This document shows, piece by piece, positions 44,455-56,800 of a stretch of DNA of 64,000 bases. The DNA lies in assembly GCA_946965045.2 (NCBI GenBank), contig OX337233.1, forward strand, positions 434,001 through 498,000, in the 5' to 3' direction. Origin of the DNA: Epithemia pelagica. Taxonomy: Eukaryota; Protista; Bacillariophyta. Positions within the stretch are counted from its first letter, which is position 1, and the number at the start of each line of letters is the position of its first letter. The translations under genes were made by a program, and so were the position numbers. The notes under the pieces were generated by a model. The model searched no databases and had not been told where the DNA came from. It saw nothing but the letters and a program-made list of their open reading frames with translations.

Positions 44455-44535
44455 GACGTATGGAGGAATCGAACCCTGGACCCTCGGAGAAGAGACCAGA
44501 TTCCGACCACAGACTGCATAAACTAATATGGCAGA
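44455..44535 (-). other. Degenerate tRNA-like sequence (perfect B-box)
   Basis: Minus strand GTGGTCGGAATCTGGTCTCTTCTCCGAGGGTCCAGGGTTCGATTCC; stems pair poorly, so not a canonical tRNA. Confidence 0.3.
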
Positions 44536-45255
44536 GCATTTCCTCTCTCCTTCGCTTACCAGTTGCCGAATCTCTGCAATGTCAGCCTATACCACGCAGG
44601 AATACTCAGTATCATTACGCCTTAATATTTCCACTGTCGGTCTATCCCGTACTGACAATGAAACTAGAGATTTACAAACTACGTAGAGACCTCCCCCCAA
44701 GCATGGGCAAGAAAGTGGTCGCACAAAATAAGGAATCTATATTCTCAAAGGGCGAAACTTGCTGACGAACAGACTGAAAAATCTCACCCCTGCTTGGGAG
44801 TACGGAGAGACCTAGAGGAGTACTCCTACCTAGTAATAGCCTAAATGCCGACCACGAAACCAACTGCATTACCATCCTAGCTATGTCATCTACCACTATC
44901 GAACTCACTCCGAAGATACTCCCACTAAGACACAGAGTAAACGTCGCCGAAAGTGTAAAGAGACGTGTAACGAACGAAGCATTCCCGCCAGAAATTTCAC
45001 TTCATGTTCTATGCGGAGCACCGCGTGGAGTAGCATCGCTTCAAAACTCACAGTTGTCCATTGTCTTCAGTCTTCAGCCTACTAGTACAACGCACAAACT
45101 TGTTGCAAAGAGCTTGATCACCTCGGTTCGTTGCCTCAAGTTGCCTCCTTTCCGAAATTTAGTATACATTGAGTCGCCTCTTGGAATTTCGTCGAACAGA
45201 CAACTTTTACTGTCTTTGAGTCCATTACCTTATATCACCTCAGAGTGTGATTACG

Positions 45256-47720
45256 ATGGACGAACGCATGGACGTGGATCGTGATGCAGCAAGGAACGAC
45301 GACGAGAGCGTTGATACGGCGGGCGCACGTCCTGCTGCAATGACAGTGGAAGAGAATGATAATGGTGACCATGAGAATCATAATGATAATGGCGACGAGA
45401 AAGAGAAAGTTGGCGGGGTCTCCAGTAACGAACCAGGCGGAGGAAAAGCAGGTCTTATCAAGAAATTTCTAGAAAGCGAAGGATGAGGGACGGCTCAAAA
45501 ATGCTAGTCTACTTGAGGGTTTGCTGTGGGTAACGGACGGTCCTGATCCTGACTCTGCAAAAATACAAAATTTGTATGAATCGCTTCGTAGTACAGTCAC
45601 CGTCCAGGACAATGTCGTGGATCGACCAGTGACCATTGGATACAAAATTAAGGACGGCGAGCTATCGCACCGATACGACCTGCAGCTGTTCGCCAAGAAG
45701 GTTATCGAAACGGACAAGTGTTATTATGATGATGTCACCCCTCGTGGACCCAACACTTATGTTGCGCCTTACTTCTGCATGATTCAATCCAGTGGCATGG
45801 GCAAGACAAGACTCTTGTGCGAGTACAGAAACTTGACTCGTTCGGGAAATATCACCCCCAATGACAGTACTCGATGTTACGAAGCAAAGAACATCTTATC
45901 GGGTCCAGTCGAGTGCCGAAAAAGGCATCTTTGACTGCACATTTTCCGTGAGGTTGTCGGAAATGACAAAACAAGAGGACCTGGAGATTTTGCGGAAAAA
46001 GAATGCGGGGTTAATCTATAAATTTCTTGACCATATGGTGAACAAAAAGCTCAAATGGAAGAATGACGACCAGAGCAACACAACCCGCGTCTTGATGTTC
46101 GACGAAGCACATCTTTTGCTTGAAAAGGAATATGAGATGGAGGCGTTTAAATTCCGTTGCATTCGATTGTGGTTGAGGCAAATACGAACAGATATCCGGT
46201 ACGTGGCGGTCTTCACCGGGACTTCTCCTGCTCTTGAAAATTATAAGATTCATTCGGACACGTCGATTACACCGGTGTCGGATTCGCGTCGGATGCAAAG
46301 TCTGCCACGAAAGTTCTATAAAAAAGGCTCGAGGACATTTTCTCCCTTCACTACGTTCACCACGATCGGGTGCCAGCTGCATGTCTGTGGCAATGAAGAC
46401 AACAATTCCCAAACGGAATACGAGAAAGCTGTTGCTTATGGCCGCCCTTTATTCTCCATTATGCAAGCAAACAGTGATCTGGATAGAAAATTGCCCAAGA
46501 TTCTACGTCGTATGGTGCTTCAATCCGAACCGAATGATTGGTTGAAAAATCGACTTTCCTGTTTGAGCGTACTTGGTACCAGGGTTCAAATGGGCAGTAC
46601 CAGCAGAGCCGTGGTCTCGGATCTTGTCGCAAAGGGTTACGCCAATTTAGTGGACCTTACAGACGACGCAGCCAAATTCATTTATCCGACGGATCCAGTC
46701 TGCGCCAGATTGGCAGCCGGAATGATGACATCCGGGTGGAGGCTCGCCGAGTACCGTGGCAAGTGTCCCACCTTTTGGACCTCCAAGGCGAAGGAACTAT
46801 ATTCCAGTGGTTTGTGTCGACCAGAAAAGGGCGATTTTGGTCAAGTTATGGTGGCACTTTACCTACTCTTTTGCGCCGACAAAGTACGAGCACAGGCGGA
46901 TAGTCTTCTCAAGCTCCAATCCATTTCGGTTCCCCTGGGAAGCTGGGCATCGTTTGTCATTCGTGGGGGAAACGACGAAGACGAGACAATGGTCGAGCGT
47001 ACCACTCCGAAAAGGCAGAAACAGAGCTCCTGCCTCCAAAATGAGGGGGCAGATGTTACGATGAAAGCGAATTCTGTCCGTCTAAGCTGTTGGCAGTTTT
47101 GTCGTAACTATCTGCGAGATTATGGGACGAACTGGACGTGTTTTGCCGATCAATCGTTCCTTGGCCATCTTTACAGGTCCGGAACAGGTTTAATTACCTT
47201 TTCTGGCTGTTCACTGATGGATGCAGTTTCGGTCCTTTATAATGTTGGATGTAACCAATACGCTCCTCTTTTCCTATCCATCCAATCCTCGCTGTATGGT
47301 TCGCCTCACGAAGCTCGAAACCTTTGCAGTGACATGGCGAACAAAGCAAAGGAGGGGAACGTTACAAAGGGCCTTTGTCTTGTGGTGGTGTATGGGTCCA
47401 ACGACGCCGGAAGCGACGACGGCGATCTTGAGTTTTCCAAGACCAAGTGTGCCCAAGTAGCCGAGGGGTACCTGGTCCAAGCTGTGGTTCGAATTCCTTT
47501 GAACGACTCGTTCGGTATATCCGATGCACTCGCAAGGTTGACAGAGGATGTGGACGTTTGCGAAGTTCATGCGTCGCACTCCTTTGTCAAGGTTGCACCT
47601 AGGAGCTCGCTGACATGTACTGAATATCTTGGAACACTTTCCAACGAGAGGCCCCAGGCTATGGCTGCCCTCACAGCACTCTCCGAACAGTTGAAGGATT
47701 CCAAGACCAGGTCGTCGTAG
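45256..47720 (+). pseudogene. P-loop NTPase of the APY-x4-QSSGxGK type (as in fungal/oomycete Crinkler-associated NTPases), two frameshifts
   Basis: YVAPYFCMIQSSGMGKTRLL (Walker A) in ORF 45521-45934; VLMFDEAH (Walker B), AVFTGT and EKGDFGQV in ORF 45861-47720; three consecutive frames, each shifted +1 (~45470, ~45890). Confidence 0.7.
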
Positions 47721-48355
47721 TGGAGCATCTCAGCGCAAATCCAGGGACTATGCATACGAGCACGAACGTTCTGCACATATAATACGTTGCAACATAAAGC
47801 TTTGGACGGAGGAGTGCCTCTCTGCGATGTATGGTCAAAGGGGGCGGTGTCCTGCTGGTTCCGATCCCCCTCCTCTCGGATGGCTGCGCGGCAGGTATCC
47901 TTTTCCTTGGATCGTGCTAGTACTATTGACTGGTGTATATTCCTATTTTATGGATCGCGTCAATCTCCGAGTCCCAACAGCGACACCTGTCATCGTGATC
48001 GGTATGGTTCTAGTCTTACTATACTACTCGTCCCACCAATCCTATCGAGTATTGGTTCCCTTTTTGCCGGATGCGCGTCTTGTACGTACGACTACAAACT
48101 ACGAACATGAGCAGCATCTTGGACTCGTCGTATGGTGCTACAACGGCAGGTCGAACAACCAGTCCCACCACCCGAGCTACACGCCGCTCGAAATAGTCCT
48201 CCAAGACGACTCGATGGTGCTGGAACCGATTCGTGTCAATGTTGCCAACCTCGCCGCAAAAGAGGACCAGAGCGCCAAGAGCCTCGCAGAAACCAACTGC
48301 CATGCTTTTACCCAAATAAGGAAACTCGGAATCATTATCCATCGTAGGAGTAGTA

Positions 48356-48440
48356 CCAACAAAGGGAATCTACCTCTACCTACCTAGTTAGGTAGATAAT
48401 TTTGTCCACTCTGCTCCAATCGCAGTCGGTCGCAGAACAT
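48356..48440 (+). repeat. Right copy of the ~85-bp direct repeat
   Basis: Matches 44265-44349. Confidence 0.85.
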
Positions 48441-49032
48441 TGGTGACGGAGGAGGAGTGCGCGTGGGTGCTCCGACCGACCTTCGTCTGGTGCACTCCGA
48501 GGGTCCGCGCACGACATTTTTGTAGCGGGTGTTTAACTGCCAATGCCATATTTCCCATTAAATCTGAAGAAACGAACCTTTAATGAAATGGTCTGTTTAG
48601 ACCGTTGAGCAATCTTGTCCATAGATATTGGGGATAAAGCCCCTCCTAAGTTGCGCACGCCGACCAATCGTTCGTGTCCGTTTCAAGAGCAACAGGTGCT
48701 GTTCGTCTCTGCCGTTCGTTCAAAACCCGAAACTATGGGCTTGCCTCCACATTTTTGGGCATGGCACCTTGCACCCCGTTTTTTTTTGAAAAATAATATT
48801 CGATAAACAAACTGGTCTGGATTCGACTTGTGTCAACACTCATTGCCAGTGTGTGCGTGTGTGTGTGTTGGATTGAAGGTCTTATTGTTGAGGTGATTGT
48901 TCCAAAACAGGGAGAAAACTATATCAGAGAGGGAGTGGACACGATCCTTGTTGGATTCTAGCTTTGACTTTTGGATCTCCGGAACACCTTTATTGTTATC
49001 ATCCGTAACATCATTGTCTGATACTACCAACC

Positions 49033-51108
49033 ATGGTGTGGAAACAAAAGGCCACGACAAAACCCACGACGCTGCTCAACAAGAGTAGCAGCAGTACCCA
49101 CAGCAGTACAGTGACTACGACACTTGTCCAGTCGTCCAAACCCACCGAGTCCAGTGCTGGTGTTCCCACCAAGAAACCACCTCCCAAAACGAAACGGATC
49201 ATGAACAACAACCCCAAGAAGAAGAACCAAAAGACTCCAATCAAGAGTACCAAGTCTCCGCAACCGGTACCAGCCAAGTCATCGACGTCTCTTCGTCGCT
49301 CGAGTACGGAGAAACCTCTTGTATCCACCAAGACGACACCCACCAAGACGCCAACAAAGACGCCAACGGCCACCATTCCAGCGACTCCTCCACAGAACCA
49401 CAACAAGAACAAGAGCGAGTCACTGTCATCTTCCACTAGTCCTACCACCACCACTGTGGCTCCTGCTACCATTGCTACCACTCCCGGGAATGCTACCCCA
49501 GTTACCCCCAACCCTGCAGAACCATTGCAAACGTCCAACTCACAAGACAAACCGGAACCCTACCATCACCTCGAGGTGGAAATTGATGAAGATCCGTACC
49601 ATTCTGCCAAAGAGCAACCACAAGAAGAAACTTCAAGGACTCTCCCAAACACCACCAACAACCATGATGATCCAGTCGTTCGTTCGCCGGAACAAGAACA
49701 CGAAGACCATGTTTCGGTATCCTTATCGTCCTATTATCGTCGTCCCCGTCCCGAACTCACGATCCGATTGGACCGCATCTTGAGTGGTGTCTTGAAACAC
49801 CACCAGGATGACGACGAAGAAGATGATTCCAGTACGTCATCGTATTTTGATTATCATGCCAACATTCGTGCCCCGATTGGATCGGTGGAATTTGTGCCCG
49901 CTGGGCAGAATGTTGTTGTGGATTCCAGAGCCACTCCTAGTAAAAGTCCTACTACGACGAGTCGTCGTGAGACCAAGAAAAAGACCACAGGGGCGGTATC
50001 CAAAACAGGCCAGTCCTCCACCCCCAACAACAAGACGACGACGACGACGACGGATTCCCAAACTCGTTCCAGTCAAACGAGTCGTCGTCGGCGACGACGA
50101 CGACCCCTCCCATCATCGCATCTTCGGTCGTCGCACGACAAGCATGCCATTGTGGTGGTCAATGACATGGTGACCCCCGGACGATCCTCCCGACGCCGTG
50201 GCGGTTTGCGAGCCAGTTTGGGAACCACGTCCAGCAATGACAGTCCCCAATCGTCCTCCAAGCCGGATTTTGCGGCCAATCCGGTTTTGGTCACAAACTC
50301 TTCCACGACAACTCCCCCGAAACGAGTCGCGTCCGATTCCTTTCCTCAACAACACCCACAAGAGAATTCCAAGACGACGACACCTTCCAAATCTGTCGTG
50401 ACGGCACCGGTCAACACGAAGAAGAAGCAACCGAAGCAACCTACCAAACTTCAGACGCCCCTACGAAAAGCAACAACAACAACAACAACAACAACAACGG
50501 CCACAGATACCACAAAACCATCTCCCAAGAAACCCAGCACGACCCTAAAGAAGACGACAACGACGACGGCAATGCCCATCACCACGAATTTCACCACATG
50601 CAGTAGCATCACGGCGTCCGAAGACGGTGACAGTGACACTGATACTCGATCCACATTGTCCTCCACCTCCACTTCGTCCTCCCTCTTGCCGGCGACACCA
50701 CCCACGACGCAACTCGACGATCCAACTTGCACGATAGACCGAACAAAAACCGCCTTGGTCCCAACGACACCATCTCCCACCAAAGACGACGCCTTGTCGT
50801 CATCGTCATCGCCCTTTGCCTCCACCTTTGTGGTGGATCCACAATCGACTGTTTGGGATTTGGTCTGGCATTCGCTCCAATCCCTGTGCTATACACGTTC
50901 CAACAAAAAGAACAAGAAGACCAACAAGGCTTCTTCTTCGTCTTCGTACTTGGATCAATGGTACAGTCCTAACGTTTTGGTCACATCGGACCACCACAAG
51001 GATCCCGCCATGAAAACGACAATGACGACAACGATCCCACCTCAACGCCACGGGAGCACGACGTCCCAGGAGACCCATACCACGATCTTGTGGCAGTGCA
51101 ATGAATAA
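49033..51108 (+). CDS. Array gene A15: T/S/K/P-rich disordered protein, 691 aa
   Basis: accATG; long ORF; patches TVWDLVWHSL and SYLDQWYSP. Confidence 0.78.
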   Translation: MVWKQKATTKPTTLLNKSSSSTHSSTVTTTLVQSSKPTESSAGVPTKKPPPKTKRIMNNNPKKKNQKTPIKSTKSPQPVPAKSSTSLRRSSTEKPLVSTKTTPTKTPTKTPTATIPATPPQNHNKNKSESLSSSTSPTTTTVAPATIATTPGNATPVTPNPAEPLQTSNSQDKPEPYHHLEVEIDEDPYHSAKEQPQEETSRTLPNTTNNHDDPVVRSPEQEHEDHVSVSLSSYYRRPRPELTIRLDRILSGVLKHHQDDDEEDDSSTSSYFDYHANIRAPIGSVEFVPAGQNVVVDSRATPSKSPTTTSRRETKKKTTGAVSKTGQSSTPNNKTTTTTTDSQTRSSQTSRRRRRRRPLPSSHLRSSHDKHAIVVVNDMVTPGRSSRRRGGLRASLGTTSSNDSPQSSSKPDFAANPVLVTNSSTTTPPKRVASDSFPQQHPQENSKTTTPSKSVVTAPVNTKKKQPKQPTKLQTPLRKATTTTTTTTTATDTTKPSPKKPSTTLKKTTTTTAMPITTNFTTCSSITASEDGDSDTDTRSTLSSTSTSSSLLPATPPTTQLDDPTCTIDRTKTALVPTTPSPTKDDALSSSSSPFASTFVVDPQSTVWDLVWHSLQSLCYTRSNKKNKKTNKASSSSSYLDQWYSPNVLVTSDHHKDPAMKTTMTTTIPPQRHGSTTSQETHTTILWQCNE

Positions 51109-51239
51109 TCATAAGAATCATACTGATAATACTAGAGAACGAGAACATGATCGTCTTAATTCTACCACTAGCTAGCTATGGTGAATTGGGACAACAAACT
51201 ACTGTAATACACTCTCGTCGGGGGAGCCACACTTCCGTA

Positions 51240-53503
51240 TTTACGCGCATGCCGAGCTTGCGGCTCCAACATGCGTCCCCATATTTTCCAAAACGCCAAC
51301 CAAGTGGCTGTGGGGGGTGCTCCATGGCGGAGAATCATACAATGGAACTATGACGCACATACATTGTGCTTCCAAAATAGTACCCAAATGACACATCCCA
51401 AAATGAAACTAGCTCATCTGCAAGCGCACTACTTCTTTGTCCAGCAAACGAACCTGATCAGAGAGTTCCGCCACAATCTTCCTTTGTTCAATCATCATAT
51501 CTTCTAGTTTCCTAAATCGCTCTTCGGGGTCATCACAAGCATTAGAAAGTTCACCAGTGGTACGGTCGGACACTGGCAGTCTTTCGTTTCCTCCGGTCAC
51601 CGAACCGGATTCAACCTCAAACTCTGGTTTCAGACCAGCAAGGTTCTTTCATCACCAAGACTGACATTCAAGTCGACAAGCTGCCGTAACTCTTCAATCT
51701 TGCGAGCAATTGGAAGACAACCCGCCAAGTCGTCCATATCCTGTAATTTCCCTTTCAGTTCGTCAATGGTTTCTTGAAGCTCCTCTATAGAGCGAAACTT
51801 GTCTTCGTTATCACGAAGCTATTCCAGTAAAGGCAACATGGGTTTTGCCTCAATGGCCTCTTGGAGCGCCCTGACATTGCTACGATCCGTATTTGCAAGT
51901 TGAATTTTGCTGTTGAGTTTTTCGAGTTCCATGTCGAGCTCAGCACGACACGAATACATGTTCTATATACAAAACAACAACAACACCACCCCAATCGTGG
52001 TAAGAGAACAGTACAACAAACTTTCAAACGAATTTCTCCACTTGGGATATCAACATCGTACCCTGGTGTTTTCCTGCATGTCAATCACTTCGAGCGCCTC
52101 ACAGGTCTCTTCATACCCTCCAATGACAACAATGCAGTCCGACAATGAAACCACACTAGGAGCGTAGCGCGCCACGGTCATGTCCGGTATGTGGAACACC
52201 ACGTTGCGCGTCGTGTCCAATACTTCTACTGACTTGACAGTTTTATCGGTATCACCTCCAGTCACAATCAGACAAGTTCCGACTTTGGCAACAGCATGTT
52301 TTTGCCGAGGAACAGAAAGGACAAGATCCTTGTGGACTTTCCATTTCGATGATGAGGGAAAGATGAAACTCACATCCTCATTGTTCTCGGGAGATGATTT
52401 CATGAATTCCAAGTATTCCACAGACTTGGAAGCCGAATTTCCATTGTACCCACCAGTGACAAAGATGCGACGGCCCACAACCGCCATTCCACACACAAAT
52501 CGAGGAACCGTCATGGAAGGGCCTGCACTAACAATGTGTTGAGTTGGCACTGCGGTATCAATAATATCCGTCGAGGACAAACAAAATCCATTGTTTCCAC
52601 CGACGACCACAATAAATCGGTTGTGTACCGGAGCAGCTTGACATCCGCCTCTGGGAGTGGACAATGTACATTTCAATGTAGTCCAATGCTTATTCTCGTT
52701 GGTAATACATGGAAGAGCAATCCCCTCTATCGAATCCAGACAACGACCATTACAGTATCCTCCCAAGGCGTACACTTAGCCATTACAAACCACTGCTGCA
52801 TGTCCACCACGATTTTGACTCAGATTTGGACCTTTTTCCCACTCCTTTCGGTCCTTGTCGTCCAAATCGAGCAACAAGACCGAATTGGTTGCGCCATTTG
52901 CTGAATTTCCTCCAATGACAACGACTGTGTGCTGTTCGTTTCTCTCGGCGTTTACAACAACCGATGCATGATTATAGCGCCATCCACCCAAAAGCGGTGG
53001 CCATGAGTCGGAGTTCCATTGTGGCATTTCATCGTTGTTCGTGTCAGGAGAGAGAAGATTGGACAACCTCGCTTGTTTTTGCATGGTATTGGCAACACAA
53101 TAAAGCGTGGAGAATAAACAATGTGGATTGTTCAGCTTTGGAGGTTGGGCTAAACACTAAACATGCCAGGTTTTGATGTGAAGCGCTCAACCAAGAAGTC
53201 ACTCCACGAACCGTTGAGCTTCATTGACACACAGTGTTTGTGTATGCACCAACGTTTGGATCCAACATGTCCATTGTCCTAACCTTACGTTGCTGTTGTA
53301 TCTGTATCAACGATCCAAAAGCATCAGGCTGTTGTTGTACTCGGTTCGTGGAGTATTTCCCCGACCTATGCGCGACTCCCTTCCTCAAGTGCGACTTATG
53401 TCCACCAAGAATAGAAACGCGACCGTAGGTTTTACGCGCGCATGCCGAGCTTGTAGGTCTCTCTCATATTTTCCAAAACGTCAACGGTGCGCCGTGGCGG
53501 AGA
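51240..53503 (+). repeat. Imperfect direct repeats (51240-51333 and 53431-53503) bracketing the kelch pseudogene
   Basis: Both contain TTTACGCGC..ATGCCGAGCTTG, CATATTTTCCAAAACGyCAAC and GGTGCkCCrTGGCGGAGA. Confidence 0.8.
51409..53084 (-). pseudogene. Kelch-repeat protein with a C-terminal coiled coil; nonsense-disrupted
   Basis: Kelch blades (VVVIGG, RGGHAAVV, IVVVGG, RIFVTGG, LIVTGG); in-frame TAA 52778-52776 (VCNG*VYALGG); 99-nt GT-AG intron 52061-51963 joins ENTR to NMYSCRAELDMELEKL; second stop TAG at 51821-51819; frameshifted tail. Confidence 0.85.
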
Positions 53504-53870
53504 GTGGAAGTATGGCGCACATACAGGGTGCTTCCGCATACACCGTCTTGGGTGTGCACCGTTTGGCAGTTCGGGTGCGCATGGTGCACACCACACATGT
53601 CCATTCCGCACAACCACCAAGACACTCTAGGAGGCGCAGCGCTCTCGGCCGGCGTGTGTGGACGAGGAGCTCCAGTAGGGTTTGTGGAGCCGCACCGTGC
53701 CGCTCCAAAGAGGTGAGCTGCACGAGTTTGTCGTATATCCAACGAATAGGAGAAACTGGCGATGGTTGGAGCCGCGCAAGGTACCTTTTTCGACGACCAA
53801 AGGATGATCGGGCTGGGCCACATTCTAGTATACTATTCATCCTCCACACCGCCAAACCCAACAAAAGACC

Positions 53871-56800
53871 ATGGAGATGGTACGAATCGACTCTTTGGAT
53901 CAACCACCACCACCTCCACCACCACTACAACAACAGGAACGAGGAGGAGGACCACTGGACCACCAACCACTCCTCCAACAATCACCACCATCACCACAGG
54001 TGCGACATGGTTCCAAACTGCTCACCAAGATGCGAGCCCATCAGCGTCGCAGCAGGCATTCTTTTGTGGAACAGGACTCCGCAAAAGAGGACCTTGGTAT
54101 CCGGACAACAGCAACAACGACAACAACGACACTGAAAAGACGACAAGGCGAATTCGTGTCCAATACGGTCGTCTCTGGCAGACCAACCACAACCACAACA
54201 CCAACTCGGACGATACAACCGCACGATTTGCAGCCCGAGAAAACCGATTGTGAGGAGGAGCAACAACAAGCACAAGAACAACAAGAATCCGAAGAAGATA
54301 CAACAACAACCGCCAGTCAGTTTCACTATTACCAACAAGAACAACTGCAACGACTCGTAGGGTCTTTGTATTCTCCACATGTCTCGGACTTTGTGGACCA
54401 CGGTGCCAGTTTGGAGGAGATGAACAACAACAAGGACCAGAAATCCTGGCACGACAACGACAACGACAAAGCGTCGTCCGAGGAGCAGGAAATTTGGTTG
54501 GACGCAGCACAACCAAAAGAACCAGAACACTTTCATGAATATCCACCAATCGTCTCATCTACCGTTTGGGAGCCCGAGGAGGAGGAGGAGCAACAGGAGC
54601 CCGAACTAGAAGAAGAAGAAGAAGAAGAAGAAGAAGAAGAAGAAGAAGAAGAAGAAGAAGAAGAAGAAGAAGAAGAAGAAGAAGAAGAAGAAGAAGAAGA
54701 AGAAGAAGAAGAAGAAGAGACTGAGATTGTATTCCTACCCGCAACGACCACTCGTCATTCCAGCCAGCATCAAGATACACGACCGAGTATTCGTACGATA
54801 CGAAACGATCCACTCACTGGACACCAGGAAAATCCTGTTTTCGTACAGGACCCAAACGAAAAAGAGCAAGAAGACCAAGAGGAGCATCCAAATCGTCGTT
54901 TGTTGCGACGTCGACAACGTCGTCGACAGCACCGCCACCGTCGTCGTGCCTTGTTTCCCAAGCTGACTGCGACAACCTTTTTGGGTCCCAGTATTTTGGA
55001 TATGACCACGACAAGTGGCAGCAGTGTCCAGGATGATTCGGCCTCATCATCATCGTCGTCATCATCGTCACTCCACGGGAACCGCCGCAAGGATCCAACA
55101 ACTGCCAAGCCGCAGTCACAGGCAACCACCAACCTGGATCCAAGCCAGAACGAGCCCGACGACTCTGTGGATTTGCCGCAAGACGACCTGGAATACAACA
55201 ACAACAAGGAGGAGGACCAGGACAGGTCGTCTCCCATCGTTTCGCACCTCTTGTCGGATTCCTCGTCCTTTTCCAATGCGGAACAAGAGTCGCTTCGGTG
55301 GCCCTTGTTGTGGTCCTCCACGAGCCAAAACAACAAGAACAACCACAAGACACTGCATGTCACGACTACATGTCGTCCTCCGGCGCCCTTTCGTCGACGC
55401 CACAGTGGATCCTCTTCCTCCTCCTCGTTTGGCAAACAACAAGAACACCAAGATTCCTTTTCGTCGAACGGTACTCCTCCTCCCGCATATCGATTCGAAC
55501 CCTTGGATGTAACAGCCGCAGCAGGGTTCGAGAAAAAGAAGGAGAAGAAGAGTCACCAGTCACCATCCACAGAACAACAACCACAAGTGATGGAGAAGGC
55601 ACCCCAAGACGACGCGGCGTCTTTAGACAGTGGGATTCTGGATCTCGACTACCATGTCGATCAACTGACCAAGGACTTGTTGCAACGAATGATCCACGAA
55701 CAACAAGAGGATGACATCACCTCGACCATCTCCACACAAGAAGGGGACCTGAGTAGTACCAGTCCCAATCCCGACAGCTTTTCGTCCCTGGACGACGACG
55801 AGGATGGCTTTGTGTCGGACGACGGCAATTCAAATGACAACAACAACATGGCGCATGACACGAGTCTTGTTGTCCAGTATTGGTTGGATGACATGTTGGG
55901 GGATGACCTTGACAATGATAGTTATTCGGCCATTTCCTCCTTTTTTGCCACGGGAAGTCGTTTCGTGGATGGGTCCTCTCCCCTCAAAACCACGAGGACT
56001 GCAACACATGGAGATGCTGGATTGGAGAAGAATCACAGTGAGGAAAGATCCTCGTTTTCTTTTGAACAGAGAACTGCGGGAAGCAACCAACCAAACGGCA
56101 TGGCTTCGCCTGGTCCAACCGTCTCGGGTCATTCTGACAATAAACAGTCACTGGACGAGACCGAGCCTGCGCCATCTTCGACTGCCACAACCACCATTAC
56201 AACACCACAACAACCCATGTCCTGGCCGGACGACATGACGACCCGTTCCAACATTACGGCCGATGAGCATCTCATGGTTCTTTGTCGCGCTCCATCGTTT
56301 GCTTCTAGTACCTCCAACGAATCGCTTCCACATGAGAAGCCTCAAGTCACCACGGCTCCTCCTCCGTCGTCATCGTCCGTTTCGCCGGCCCAAGATATTC
56401 TTTCGGGACTGACGGCACCCTTGACAACCACACGGTCCCTGTGGACGCAGGACTCGTGGTCCTTGGACGACGACGACGACGATTCCAAGGACGGCGACTC
56501 AGACAAGGAAGAAACGGCCTTTTTGGATCGTTTCATGGATGAAACACATCGCTATCTCAAGGAGTGGAAGGTCACGGCCGCGTCTACCGGTGAAGAGGAC
56601 GATGGACTCCCGACAACCTCTCAAGACGACGACGACGACGACGATTCCATGTCCCTGGACATGAGTGAGAGTGACCGATCCGTCCTGGATTTGGACCACG
56701 CCAAGGCCCTTGTGTCCGATCATTCTTGGTTGCCGGCGCCATCCAATGTATCGTCCTTTTCGTGTACGGACGACGACGACAGTGACAACTCTCTGTACTC

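Noticed and set aside
44455-44535. Functional tRNA gene
   Set aside because: Only the B-box is canonical; the acceptor and T stems do not pair properly. Kept only as a tRNA-like remnant.
45452-45507. Intron explaining the first frame break of the NTPase
   Set aside because: The GT..AG pair is only 56 nt apart and its phases do not restore the frame.
47827-48387. 186-aa + ORF and overlapping 107-aa minus ORF inside the direct-repeat cassette
   Set aside because: No recognisable motif on either strand; cannot be distinguished from chance or from debris without a search.
53224-54135. 303-aa + ORF overlapping the A16 promoter and start
   Set aside because: Non-ATG start, no domain, runs through promoter motifs and overlaps A16 in another frame.
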